From assembly GCA_963817835.1 (NCBI GenBank), contig CAWFPZ010000019.1, positions 37,283 through 101,282 of the forward strand: DNA of 64,000 nt, in the 5' to 3' direction. The notes below the pieces were generated by a model. That model searched no databases and was not told the origin of the DNA. It saw nothing but the letters and a program-made list of their open reading frames with translations. The stretch is from an uncultured Acidobacteriota bacterium (GTDB taxonomy: Bacteria > Acidobacteriota > Terriglobia > Terriglobales > Acidobacteriaceae). Below, piece by piece: positions 28,709 through 37,174 of the stretch. A program made the position numbers and the translations under genes. Numbering within the stretch: the first letter of the stretch is position 1; every line of letters begins with the position of its first letter.

Positions 28709-29527
28709 TCTCTTAACCATCGGCAACCGCGGATCCTTTTCCTTCCAGCCGCCGCGCACCCATGCGTAGTTGGGATCGTCTGAAGCCGCCAGCGACCGCG
28801 CCGATCCCGCAAGCGCGTTCAAATAGTAGACGTTGTATCCGTGCGCGGCCACCACCGGATGATAACCCTCCGGCACCAGCACCAGTTCGCCGTCGCGCAC
28901 CGTCATGGTTTCGTCGATGCGCCCGTCCGCCGTGTACACCTTCTGCACCGCATATCCCTCCGGCCGCTGAATCCGGTAATAGTAAATCTCTTCCAGATCC
29001 ACTTCTCCCGGCGGGTTATGCACGTCGTGCTTGTGCGGCGGAAAGCTCGACCAATTGCCCGCTGGCGTAAACACCTCCACCACCATCAGCCGGTGCGCCA
29101 GAAACTCCGGCGGCAACATGGAATTGATTTGCCGCGTCGCATTTCCGCCCCCGCGAATCTCGATGCCCACGTGCGCCGGCGTTACCAGCCGCGCCGGGTA
29201 CTCGTCCTCGGCCTTTGCGTAGCAAAACGCCAGGTCGCAGGCCGCATCGGCGCTCACAGTGAAACGAGTGCGGACAGGCAGGTAAAGCGTATAAGGCAGC
29301 CCGTCAAAAACCGTTGCGCGCTGCCCAAACCTATGCCACTCGCCCCGCGAGCTCGTTACCGAGCAAACGCCGCCCAACACCACAATGGCCAGTTCGCGGT
29401 TGGCTGTTTCGCCGCTGTACTTCTGGCCGGCTTCCATCTTCCGAGTCTCAAACGATAAAAATTCGTATCCGAAACTATCAATCCGGTCGCGGAACGTCTC
29501 GGGCCGGACAAGCAGGTCACTCATCAT
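28706..29527 (-). CDS. iolB: 5-deoxy-glucuronate isomerase
   Basis: EVFTPAGNWSSFPPHKHD, LEEIYYYR and GYHP motifs of the KduI/IolB family. Confidence 0.95.
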   Translation of the reverse strand: MMSDLLVRPETFRDRIDSFGYEFLSFETRKMEAGQKYSGETANRELAIVVLGGVCSVTSSRGEWHRFGQRATVFDGLPYTLYLPVRTRFTVSADAACDLAFCYAKAEDEYPARLVTPAHVGIEIRGGGNATRQINSMLPPEFLAHRLMVVEVFTPAGNWSSFPPHKHDVHNPPGEVDLEEIYYYRIQRPEGYAVQKVYTADGRIDETMTVRDGELVLVPEGYHPVVAAHGYNVYYLNALAGSARSLAASDDPNYAWVRGGWKEKDPRLPMVKR

Positions 29528-29602
29528 CTCTCCAGGGGGAGCTTACGCAAAACGCCGGCAAATGGAACACGGGCCCATGCCGAACGAAAAGACAAGCAAA
29601 GT

Positions 29603-29652
29603 TGCACACGTGTGCACCTTTCCATCATCCTATGCCTCCGACCGCCTGTCAA
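29603..29652 (-). promoter_or_regulatory. iol operon promoter (TTGACA-17-GATGAT) with a perfect operator TGCACACGTGTGCA at about +1 to +14
   Basis: -35 box at 29647-29652, -10 box at 29624-29629, palindrome at 29603-29616. Confidence 0.7.
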
Positions 29653-29880
29653 CAGAAATACCGGTCTCTTCGGTAACCGGTTTCTTGCCCGTATCTTGTG
29701 GAGACAAAGGTCGCATTGCCACAACAACTTACCCACCCGGCCCAGCACTTATTTCTGCCGCGAAAGCAGATTCGAAATCATAGCATCCCCATCGCCCACC
29801 CAGTCGCGATGCTCCCTATCCGATCTGTCATCTTGACCGAAGTCGAAAGACCTGCGGCCGTTTTGCCAACTCAACCCAGC

Positions 29881-30320
29881 ACGAAAAGGGGTGCCCCACA
29901 TCTCGCTTCTGAGATGTGGCAAACCACGAACCCAGGCAGCCCCATTCAACCCCGCACGAAAAGGGGTGCCCCATATCTCGCTTCTGAGATGTGGGAAACC
30001 ACGAACCCAGGCAGCCCCATTCAACCCCGCACGAAAAGGGGTGCCCCATATCTCGCTTCTGAGATGTGGGAAACCACGAACCCAGGCAGCCCCATTCAAC
30101 CCCGCACGAAAAGGGGTGCCCCAGATCTCGCTTCTGAGATGTGGGAAACCACGAACCCAGGCAGCCCCATTCAACCCCGCACGAAAAGGGGTGCCCCACA
30201 TCTCGCTTCTGAGATGTGGGAAACCACGAACCCAGGCAGCCCCATTCAACCCCGCACGAAAAGGGGTGCCCCACATCTCGCTTCTGAGATGTGGGAAACC
30301 ACGGACCTCAACTCCCCCGC
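29881..30320 (+). repeat. Tandem array of a 75-bp unit carrying the GGGTGCCCC hairpin (5 full units and 1 partial)
   Basis: Units start at 29881, 29956, 30031, 30106, 30181 and 30256; linkers are identical; SNPs occur only in the stem. Confidence 0.95.
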
Positions 30321-30356
30321 TCCCTAGCTCCCTCGTTCCCTCGCTCCCTGTACTTC

Positions 30357-30405
30357 TTGACCCCCGCCAATTCCCGGTGCTACGGTTTGTATGCACACGT
30401 TTGCA
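30357..30405 (+). promoter_or_regulatory. Transaldolase promoter (TTGACC-18-TACGGT) with operator TGCACACGTTTGCA
   Basis: -35 box at 30357, -10 box at 30381, and a 13/14 operator match at 30392-30405 just before the GGAGG RBS. Confidence 0.65.
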
Positions 30406-30420
30406 CCCGCCGGAGGAATC

Positions 30421-31523
30421 ATGGCTCCCGTTACCCCCTCGCTCCAATTCAAAAGCCCGCTCCACAAAATGACGCAGACCACCCCCACCTACCTCTGGAA
30501 CGACTCGGCCTCCGTTGAAGAGCTCACCTACTCCATCGCGCACGGCGCAGTCGGCGCCACCTGCAACCCGTCCATCGCCGTCAGCGTCCTCAAGCACGAG
30601 CTCCCCGCCTGGAAGCCGCGCATCCTCGAGCTCGCCGCCGCTGAGCCCGAACTCACTGAGGACGGTCTCGCCTGGCGCATCGTCGAAGAGATCTCGGCCA
30701 ACGCCGCGCGCCTGCTCCTGCCCATCTTCGAGCGCGAAAAAGGCCGCAACGGCCGCCTCTCCATCCAAACCGACCCGCGCAACTATCGCAACACCGCCGC
30801 CATGCTCGAGCAGGCCATCCATTTCAGCCAGCTCGCGCCCAACATGATCGTCAAAATCGCCGCCACGCACGCCGGCCTCGCCGCCATGGAAGAGGCCACG
30901 TACCGCGGCATCAGCATCAACGCGACTGTCAGCTTCACCCTGCCGCAGGCCATCGCCGTAGCCGAAGCCGTCGAGCGCGGCCTCAACCGCCGCGAAGCCG
31001 AGGGCCTCGACATTTCGACGATGGGCCCGGTCTGCACCATCATGGTCGGCCGCCTCGACGACTGGCTCAAAGTCCTCCACGACAAGCACAATCTCTCCGT
31101 CGATCCCGGCTACCTCGAGTGGGCCGGCGTCGCCGTCTTCAAGAAGGCCTATCAGATTTATCAAGCCCGCGGCTATCGTCTGCGCCTGCTCTCCGCGGCC
31201 TTTCGCAATCACATGCACTGGAGCGAATTCATCGGCGGCGACGTCGTCATCTCGCCGCCCTGCGTCTGGCAAAAGCGCTACAACGCCAGCGACATCGAAG
31301 TCATCGACCGCATCTCCACGCCCGTCGACCCGCTCATCGTCTCCACGCTCCTCGACAAGTTCCCCGACTTCGCCCGCGCCTGGAACGAGAACGGCCTGAC
31401 CCCCGCCGAGTTCGACACCTTCGGCAGCACGCGCCGCACCCTCCGCGAGGATTCATCGCCGCCGTAGCCGAGATGAACGCCATCGTCCGCGACGTGATCC
31501 TGCCGAACCCGGATACGGAATAG
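30421..31523 (+). CDS. Transaldolase-family protein (non-canonical), with an apparent frameshift near 31447 in the last ~25 codons
   Basis: LWND, TCNPS, VKIAAT (Schiff-base Lys), SINATVSF and MVGRLDDWL; the annotated frame stops at 31467 and the shifted frame continues …FIAAVAEMNAIVRDVILPNPDTE*. Confidence 0.8.
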
Positions 31524-31686
31524 CAGGGAACAAGGGACCAAGGGAGCAAGAAGGCAGGGATCAGGGAACAGAAAGCGCGGCGCTCGCAAAAAGCCGCGCT
31601 TCATTTTTTCGCCCCTTCGCTCCCTTCACTTCTTCACTTTTTTCACTCGGACCGCGATGTTTCGTTAAGCCCAGCAGAATCAATCT

Positions 31687-31763
31687 AAATGTCCGTTTTT
31701 GAGGGGCCGAAAAGGGGCCAAATGTTCGCTCAAGTGGTGCCATTTGCCCCCGAAATGTTCGCT
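31687..31763. repeat. Three 11-bp direct repeats AAATGTYCGYT at an exact 33-bp period
   Basis: Copies at 31687, 31720 and 31753. Confidence 0.6.
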
Positions 31764-32100
31764 TAGAGTTTCGCGATTTTTTGAGACATCTTGCTGAGAA
31801 TTACCCGTTTTCAGGGTGAGTGTGACCATAGAATTTCCCGAATAAACGCAAAGGGTTGCAGAGAACTTCCCATAAACGCGTCTAAACGGGCTTCGGTGCA
31901 CGTTTTTGCGCGTGTTTTCGCGCGTTTTTGGCCCGTTTTGCGCGCGAATTTTGGGGTGGTGAGTGCGAGTGTGAGTGCGGGCTGCGGCCCCGGCCGGCTG
32001 ATCTCTGGTTCCTGATCTCTGAACCTTGGTTTCGGTATGCGCCGGGAGGGGAAGATTATATGCGGAGCGGCGGGGAAAACTTATTGCTCTTTTTTATACG

Positions 32101-32130
32101 CTTGACAGATGGTCAAGGGCTGAGTACACT
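32101..32130 (+). promoter_or_regulatory. Sigma70-type promoter TTGACA-17-TACACT with a palindrome CTTGAC-N5-GTCAAG over the -35 box
   Basis: Near-consensus hexamers at 32102 and 32125. Confidence 0.7.
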
Positions 32131-32282
32131 CTTCCGTTCTGTCGCCCAATCTGATTTGCCGTTCCTAATCTTGGGAATGAGATGTCGTATCGCGTGCCTT
32201 CTCTGGAGGCTGTTGCCCAGAGACGTGTTCGACATCTCCAGCTGCGAAACACAATTACGGACATCTTAAAAGGAGACTGTTC

Positions 32283-32921
32283 ATGAACTGTTCCGCTTGT
32301 GGAAAAGCGAATGTCGATGGCGTCTTGTTCTGCGAGTACTGCGGAGCCAGCATGCGCGCTCAATCAGCAGCAGTACCGGGCGCATTCGCGCCCGCCACGG
32401 TTCCTGCATCGCCCGCTCCTCCCACGGCCGCTCAAGTCGCGCAGATGGGCAAGTCGATAATCGGCGCGATGACTCTCGGCGAAAAGTTCGCGGTCGCGGG
32501 CGTTGCTGCAGCAGTGTTGGGTTTCTTTTTGCCGTTTGCAACTACGCCCGATCTGGGGGAACTTTCCGGGCTCCTCTCAAGCCTCGGTTCCGGCGGAGGA
32601 GAGGGTGGTCACCTCAGTTTGTCTCTGTTCGGCGCGACCAAATTTCTCGGCGCCATCTACATATTATTGCTCGCGGCGGTCGCTGCCGGGGTGCTGGCCT
32701 ACCTTATGCGGAAGGCGCCCAACGCAAAGAAAATGCTGATGAGCGGCTTCCTGGTGATGATCGGCTCACTTTTCGGTCCGGGCTGCGTTGCCGCTCTCCT
32801 TTTTGTTCCCATGATTCAATCCGTGGCGGGAGCCGGCTACTACCTGTTCGGACTGGGGTATTGTGCCATCGCAGCCGGAGGTTTGATCATCATCGGCACT
32901 TTGAGCAAAGCCGTCCGCTGA
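32283..32921 (+). CDS. Zinc-ribbon domain membrane protein
   Basis: AAGGAG RBS; CSAC…FCEYCG ribbon, Pro/Ala linker and about 4 TM helices. Confidence 0.8.
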   Translation: MNCSACGKANVDGVLFCEYCGASMRAQSAAVPGAFAPATVPASPAPPTAAQVAQMGKSIIGAMTLGEKFAVAGVAAAVLGFFLPFATTPDLGELSGLLSSLGSGGGEGGHLSLSLFGATKFLGAIYILLLAAVAAGVLAYLMRKAPNAKKMLMSGFLVMIGSLFGPGCVAALLFVPMIQSVAGAGYYLFGLGYCAIAAGGLIIIGTLSKAVR

Positions 32922-32946
32922 GCCGGAAGGGAAAGCGAGGACTTCC

Positions 32947-34569
32947 ATGTTTTGTCCAGATTGTGGTTCTACGGTAGCGGAAGGCCGAGTGTTTTGCGGA
33001 AAATGTGGTGGACGTATTCATGCTGCTGCCGCATCCGCAGCGCCGCAAGCCGCTCCCGTCCAACTTGCTCCCGTCGTTCCTCCGCAACCGGCGCGGCCCC
33101 CTTCGCCGTATCGCTGGGTCGTTTACGCCGCTGTTCTCCTGCTCGCCGCTCTCGGCGGTGTCGCATGGTGGTGGTTCCATCGACCCCCGCCGCCCTATCA
33201 AGTGCAGGACCCCGGGATTTACCCCTTCCAGGGCCTTACCGCTGACGGAAAAGCCATGAAATGGGGCTTCATCGACGCGGATGGGAAAGTCTTGATCCAA
33301 CCGGCATGGGACGGCGTCGACCTCAGCGATCTCATTCTTGGCCGTTCCGCCGCGTGCAACGAGGGACTATGCGCGGTCCTTAAGGACGGAAAATGGGGCT
33401 ACGTCGATTCCAGCGGTAACTTGGTAATTTCCAACCAGTTTGACTCGGTCGCTCCGTTCGTCGAGGGCATGGCGCGCGTTCATTTTGGAAATCAGGTTGG
33501 CTACATCGACAAAGCCGGCCACCTCGCCATTAACCCGCAATTCTATGATGCCGGAGATTTCTATGGCGACCTGGCAGCCGTCCGCACCGACGATGGCTGG
33601 GGCTTCATCAATAAGACCGGAACGTTTGTCATCAAGCCACGCTTCCAGGCGGCGGACACCAACGGTTTCTCAAGTGGGCTCGCCGGCGTTTGCACCGGCG
33701 GCAAATGCGGCTTCATCGATCACACGGGCCAATTCGTGATTCGTCCGCAATTCGGCAACCTTGGAACCTTTTCCGAAGGTCTAGCCGAGGTCGGGATCAA
33801 CGGCAAGCTCGGCTATATCAATACCTCCGGCACAGTCGTCATCAACCCTCAGTTCGATCAGTCAACCATGTTTTCCGACGGCCTTGCTGCCGTCTCCGTC
33901 TCCGGGCGTCAAGGAACGATTAACAAACAAGGCAAGTATCTTCTCAATCCTGGGCAATACAACTTCGGCATAAAGGAAGGAGACGTGCTTGTCGCGACAA
34001 CGAATCAGGGAATGGGCTTGATGACCAGGGGGGGCCAATGGCTGATTCAACCGTCAGCCTCGCTCACGGGTGTAGGCCCCATCTTCGGAAAAGTGTTTCT
34101 TGGAACGCTGGGCGGCCAGCAGGGTCAGGTTCCCATCTCCATTTCCGGCAAAGTGCTTGCCGGTCCCTACAAGGGCTCGATGATTGCATCACTTGCTCAA
34201 GACATCCAGGACGAAACCAGCGCCATCCAGTCCATGCACGCTCTAACCGCCGCTGAAACCGCCTACTCGGGCACCTACCCTTCCGGCTTCACTGATTCGC
34301 TCGAAAAGCTCGGCCCGGCCACGGGTACGCCCGATCAAAACCACGCCGGGCTCATTGACGCAACCCTCGCCACCGGAACCAAGGATGGCTATCAGTTCGT
34401 CATCACTATTCCTGCTGGAACCTCGACCGGTGGAAGCAACTTCAATTACTTTCTCGTCGGCAAGCCCGCATCCGGCCACGCCGGTCGCACGTTCTGCGCC
34501 GACTCCTCGGGGACTGTGCGTTACGCAGAACAAGGCCAGGATTGTACGACCTCATCGCCAGTTCTGTGA
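32947..34569 (+). CDS. Zinc-ribbon + TM + WG (KWG) repeat protein with a C-terminal pilin-head-like domain
   Basis: CPDC…FCGKCG ribbon, a TM helix, about 8 xGF/YIdxxGxxvIxP repeats, then DETSAIQSMHALTAAETAY…GYQF…RTFCADSSG…CTTSSP. Confidence 0.8.
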   Translation: MFCPDCGSTVAEGRVFCGKCGGRIHAAAASAAPQAAPVQLAPVVPPQPARPPSPYRWVVYAAVLLLAALGGVAWWWFHRPPPPYQVQDPGIYPFQGLTADGKAMKWGFIDADGKVLIQPAWDGVDLSDLILGRSAACNEGLCAVLKDGKWGYVDSSGNLVISNQFDSVAPFVEGMARVHFGNQVGYIDKAGHLAINPQFYDAGDFYGDLAAVRTDDGWGFINKTGTFVIKPRFQAADTNGFSSGLAGVCTGGKCGFIDHTGQFVIRPQFGNLGTFSEGLAEVGINGKLGYINTSGTVVINPQFDQSTMFSDGLAAVSVSGRQGTINKQGKYLLNPGQYNFGIKEGDVLVATTNQGMGLMTRGGQWLIQPSASLTGVGPIFGKVFLGTLGGQQGQVPISISGKVLAGPYKGSMIASLAQDIQDETSAIQSMHALTAAETAYSGTYPSGFTDSLEKLGPATGTPDQNHAGLIDATLATGTKDGYQFVITIPAGTSTGGSNFNYFLVGKPASGHAGRTFCADSSGTVRYAEQGQDCTTSSPVL

Positions 34570-34674
34570 GAACCGGATCCCTGCCTTGGGCGGGGATTCA
34601 CCTTTTTTGATCCGTTTTGCCCCTGCGCGTCGAGCGCATCGCCCGGTAGAGTTCGACCTTTCGGAGACTGTCTC

Positions 34675-35841
34675 ATGCAAATCAGGCTTTCGTTCCCAAC
34701 CCGTCGTCAGTCACGTTCTCTGAGTGTTCTTCTACTCCTCGCTTTCTACGCGCTCATCCTCTCCCCTTCCGCCACACTAAGCCAGCAGCCCGCCGTGCAA
34801 AAGTTTACCCTCGACCAGATCGAGGGGCTCATCGTGCACAACGTGCCAGACGCCACTTTGAGCAACCAGATTCGCCTCCATGGCCTTGCCTTCGCCCCAA
34901 GCCCAGCTATTCTCGACGAACTCAGCGCCAAGGGCGCTGGCCCTTTGACGCTGGCCGCAATCCAGGCGTTCGTCTCCAAGGCGCCGCAAGCCCAGCCCGG
35001 AGCGCCGGCAAAGCAGCCGGGAGGGCAGGGTCAAGGCGGAGGTAATCAGTCCCTTGTGCAGGCACAGCAACTCGCCTGGAAGGCGCAACCTGCGAATGGG
35101 CAAATCGAGATAACGCAGGCGGAGTGGCGGAACGGCGCGAGCGTGACCATCCAGTCGGCGACGCTGGAGTGCATTCAGTATGGCGCCAACAACCAGTCTC
35201 TTTCGCAGTTGACCACCACGCTCAACGGGCCGGTGCAGCCAGGGCAGACCGTCAACATCCAGCCATTCACTTTGGGAACCGAGGCACAGGGCGTGGCCAA
35301 CATGAAATGCGGCATTGTGGGGGTCGCGCCGCAAGCCCAGCCCGTCGCGACTCAACCCACCGACAGCGAACCGACGCTGGCGGCGACCATGCAATTCATC
35401 CAGGACAAATTGAATGAGCGGGGCGCCTTGAAGTTTGCAGTGCATACGCATGACAATGCCGATGGAAAGGACTCCACGGATCAGTACATCAACGAGACCA
35501 GCAACTTGATCGTCGATCCTACCTCATGCAACATTAGCTATCACCGGACACACAAGAAGAACGGGGCAGTGGAGGCAGACGCCGACGTATCCTTCAGCCT
35601 TCACAATGTGCAAGATGTGGTAGTCACGACTGCCGAGCAGAGTTGGAAGCTCTCCTATAGCTCGGCAGGACACCCGACTTGGGATGCGAAGATCGATCCA
35701 CCCATGTTTCAGGTCGTAGTGCGAAAAGCAGGAAACCAGGGAAATGGGTTTTACTTTACCGATGAGGAAATGGCCAACCGCGTAGCCAAGGCCTTGCGCC
35801 ATGCGGTCGAGCTATGCGGCGGCAATAGGGAGCCGTTTTAG
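34675..35841 (+). CDS. Secreted modular hypothetical protein
   Basis: Signal peptide, N-terminal helical domain, Gln/Pro linkers, a central Ig/FxLYD-like domain with a Cys pair, and a C-terminal domain. Confidence 0.65.
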   Translation: MQIRLSFPTRRQSRSLSVLLLLAFYALILSPSATLSQQPAVQKFTLDQIEGLIVHNVPDATLSNQIRLHGLAFAPSPAILDELSAKGAGPLTLAAIQAFVSKAPQAQPGAPAKQPGGQGQGGGNQSLVQAQQLAWKAQPANGQIEITQAEWRNGASVTIQSATLECIQYGANNQSLSQLTTTLNGPVQPGQTVNIQPFTLGTEAQGVANMKCGIVGVAPQAQPVATQPTDSEPTLAATMQFIQDKLNERGALKFAVHTHDNADGKDSTDQYINETSNLIVDPTSCNISYHRTHKKNGAVEADADVSFSLHNVQDVVVTTAEQSWKLSYSSAGHPTWDAKIDPPMFQVVVRKAGNQGNGFYFTDEEMANRVAKALRHAVELCGGNREPF

Positions 35842-36115
35842 AGAATTCGGTTGCTTATTCACCAACTGTTCAATTTGGCTTGGCGTCAGCTTGGGGAGGG
35901 CCGGTTGCTGGCCGATCGCATTCTGAGACCCAAGCACAGCAGCAAAGGCCAGAAGCACCAATACGCGCAGAGCCTACGAGTTCCGAACGGGAGATGATGA
36001 TTCATGAAAGTTGAGCAGTGAATAGTGGGACATGATACCTATTCCCCGCATAGCACCATTTTCCGTATAAGGGCGGTGGCCCGGCCCTCGAATTTGAATC
36101 TTGCGATTCAACGCC

Positions 36116-36418
36116 TCAGCTTGCCAGCGCCTCCACCACTGCCTCCGGATGCCGGGCAATCACCGTGAGATAAGCTCGCGCTGCGCGATCGGGACGCCGC
36201 CGCCCTTGCTCCCAATCCTGCAAGGCGCGCGGGTCGAGGGCGAAGCGGCGCGCAAACTCCGCGCGGCTGAGGCCGGTGGCTGCCCGCACCGCACGCACAT
36301 CCACTTCAAGAGGGAGCGGGAACTGGTGAACGGCGGCGGGCTCGGCCTCGCCCTTGGCGATGGCGGCCGCCTCGCCCATGGCCGCGACAAGTTCGTCTGC
36401 AACATTCTTCCGCTTCAT
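36116..36418 (-). CDS. XRE/HigA-like helix-turn-helix protein (antitoxin type), no toxin partner
   Basis: VRAVRAATGLSRAEFARRFALDPRALQDWEQGRRRPDRAARAYL. Confidence 0.85.
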   Translation of the reverse strand: MKRKNVADELVAAMGEAAAIAKGEAEPAAVHQFPLPLEVDVRAVRAATGLSRAEFARRFALDPRALQDWEQGRRRPDRAARAYLTVIARHPEAVVEALAS

Positions 36419-36436
36419 GGTTTGATCCTAATCGCA

Positions 36437-36465
36437 ACTATGCGGCATTGCCGCACAACCGTCAA
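36437..36465 (-). promoter_or_regulatory. Promoter TTGACG-17-CATAGT with operator palindrome TGCGGCA-N-TGCCGCA
   Basis: Perfect 7-1-7 inverted repeat at 36441-36455 between the -35 and -10 boxes of the HTH gene. Confidence 0.65.
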
Positions 36466-36887
36466 GCCCTCGCGCAGTCGGCCTCGCCCCAGAAATTTCT
36501 TCCGCCGTTTTGCAGATAATTTCCCCCTCCCGGCGCACAATCGTTCTATGAGCTGCCCCGAAAGGCAAAGCAATTCGCCCACGCCCTCCGCTTTTCTACT
36601 CCCTGTTAGCTGTTTACTACTTCCTAACTCCCCCTCCCCTCCCCCCGGGTCGGGCGCCCACGCACCACGGCCCACGGTTCACGAGCAACGCCGCAGAGCC
36701 ACAGCTCTCTGACCACGGATCACTGACCACTGGCGGCCACGCCGCAAAATCGAGTTGTGAAACTGTGAAGCTCGGAACTAGCTCCGAATCAACCACTTAC
36801 AGAACAAATCCGCGCAGCCTCACAGTCTGCGTGTTTCTGTGATCCTGTGGAGCGCGATCACTTCGGTTTTTGGGGCAGAGGTTTTGC

Positions 36888-36948
36888 CACGAACCACGAA
36901 CCACGAATCACGAACCACGAACCACGAATCACGAATCACGAACCACGA
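36888..36948. repeat. Heptamer tract (CACGAAC/CACGAAT)n
   Basis: About 8-9 units. Confidence 0.85.
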
Positions 36949-37150
36949 TTCATGATCCACGGGCCTCCGCCACCTAAGTCGTTAGCGATGACGACTTTCC
37001 GGAAGCCTCTCTTTTAGAATCAAGAAGATACGGAGAGCCCACCCCGTAAACCATTTTCTGTGAGGACTTTAGGAAAAAGGGGGGAGGGGGTAAGGCGGGG
37101 CTACTGAAAGGGAAACCCCCGCCGCAGCCGGTCCTTCAGACACCGGCACT

Positions 37151-37174
37151 CTGACCACTGACCACTGACCACTG
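37151..37174. repeat. Heptamer tract (CTGACCA)n
   Basis: About 3.5 units. Confidence 0.75.

Noticed and set aside
29881-30320. CRISPR array
   Set aside because: The linkers between the hairpins are identical rather than unique spacers, no cas genes are present, and the same core occurs as solo REP-like copies.
29698-31272. Repeat-protein ORFs (TKRGAPHLASEMW…, GFPHLRSE…) in several frames across the array
   Set aside because: A 75-bp unit (multiple of 3) lacking stops opens all frames; there is no RBS or homology, and the ORFs overlap promoters and the transaldolase antisense.
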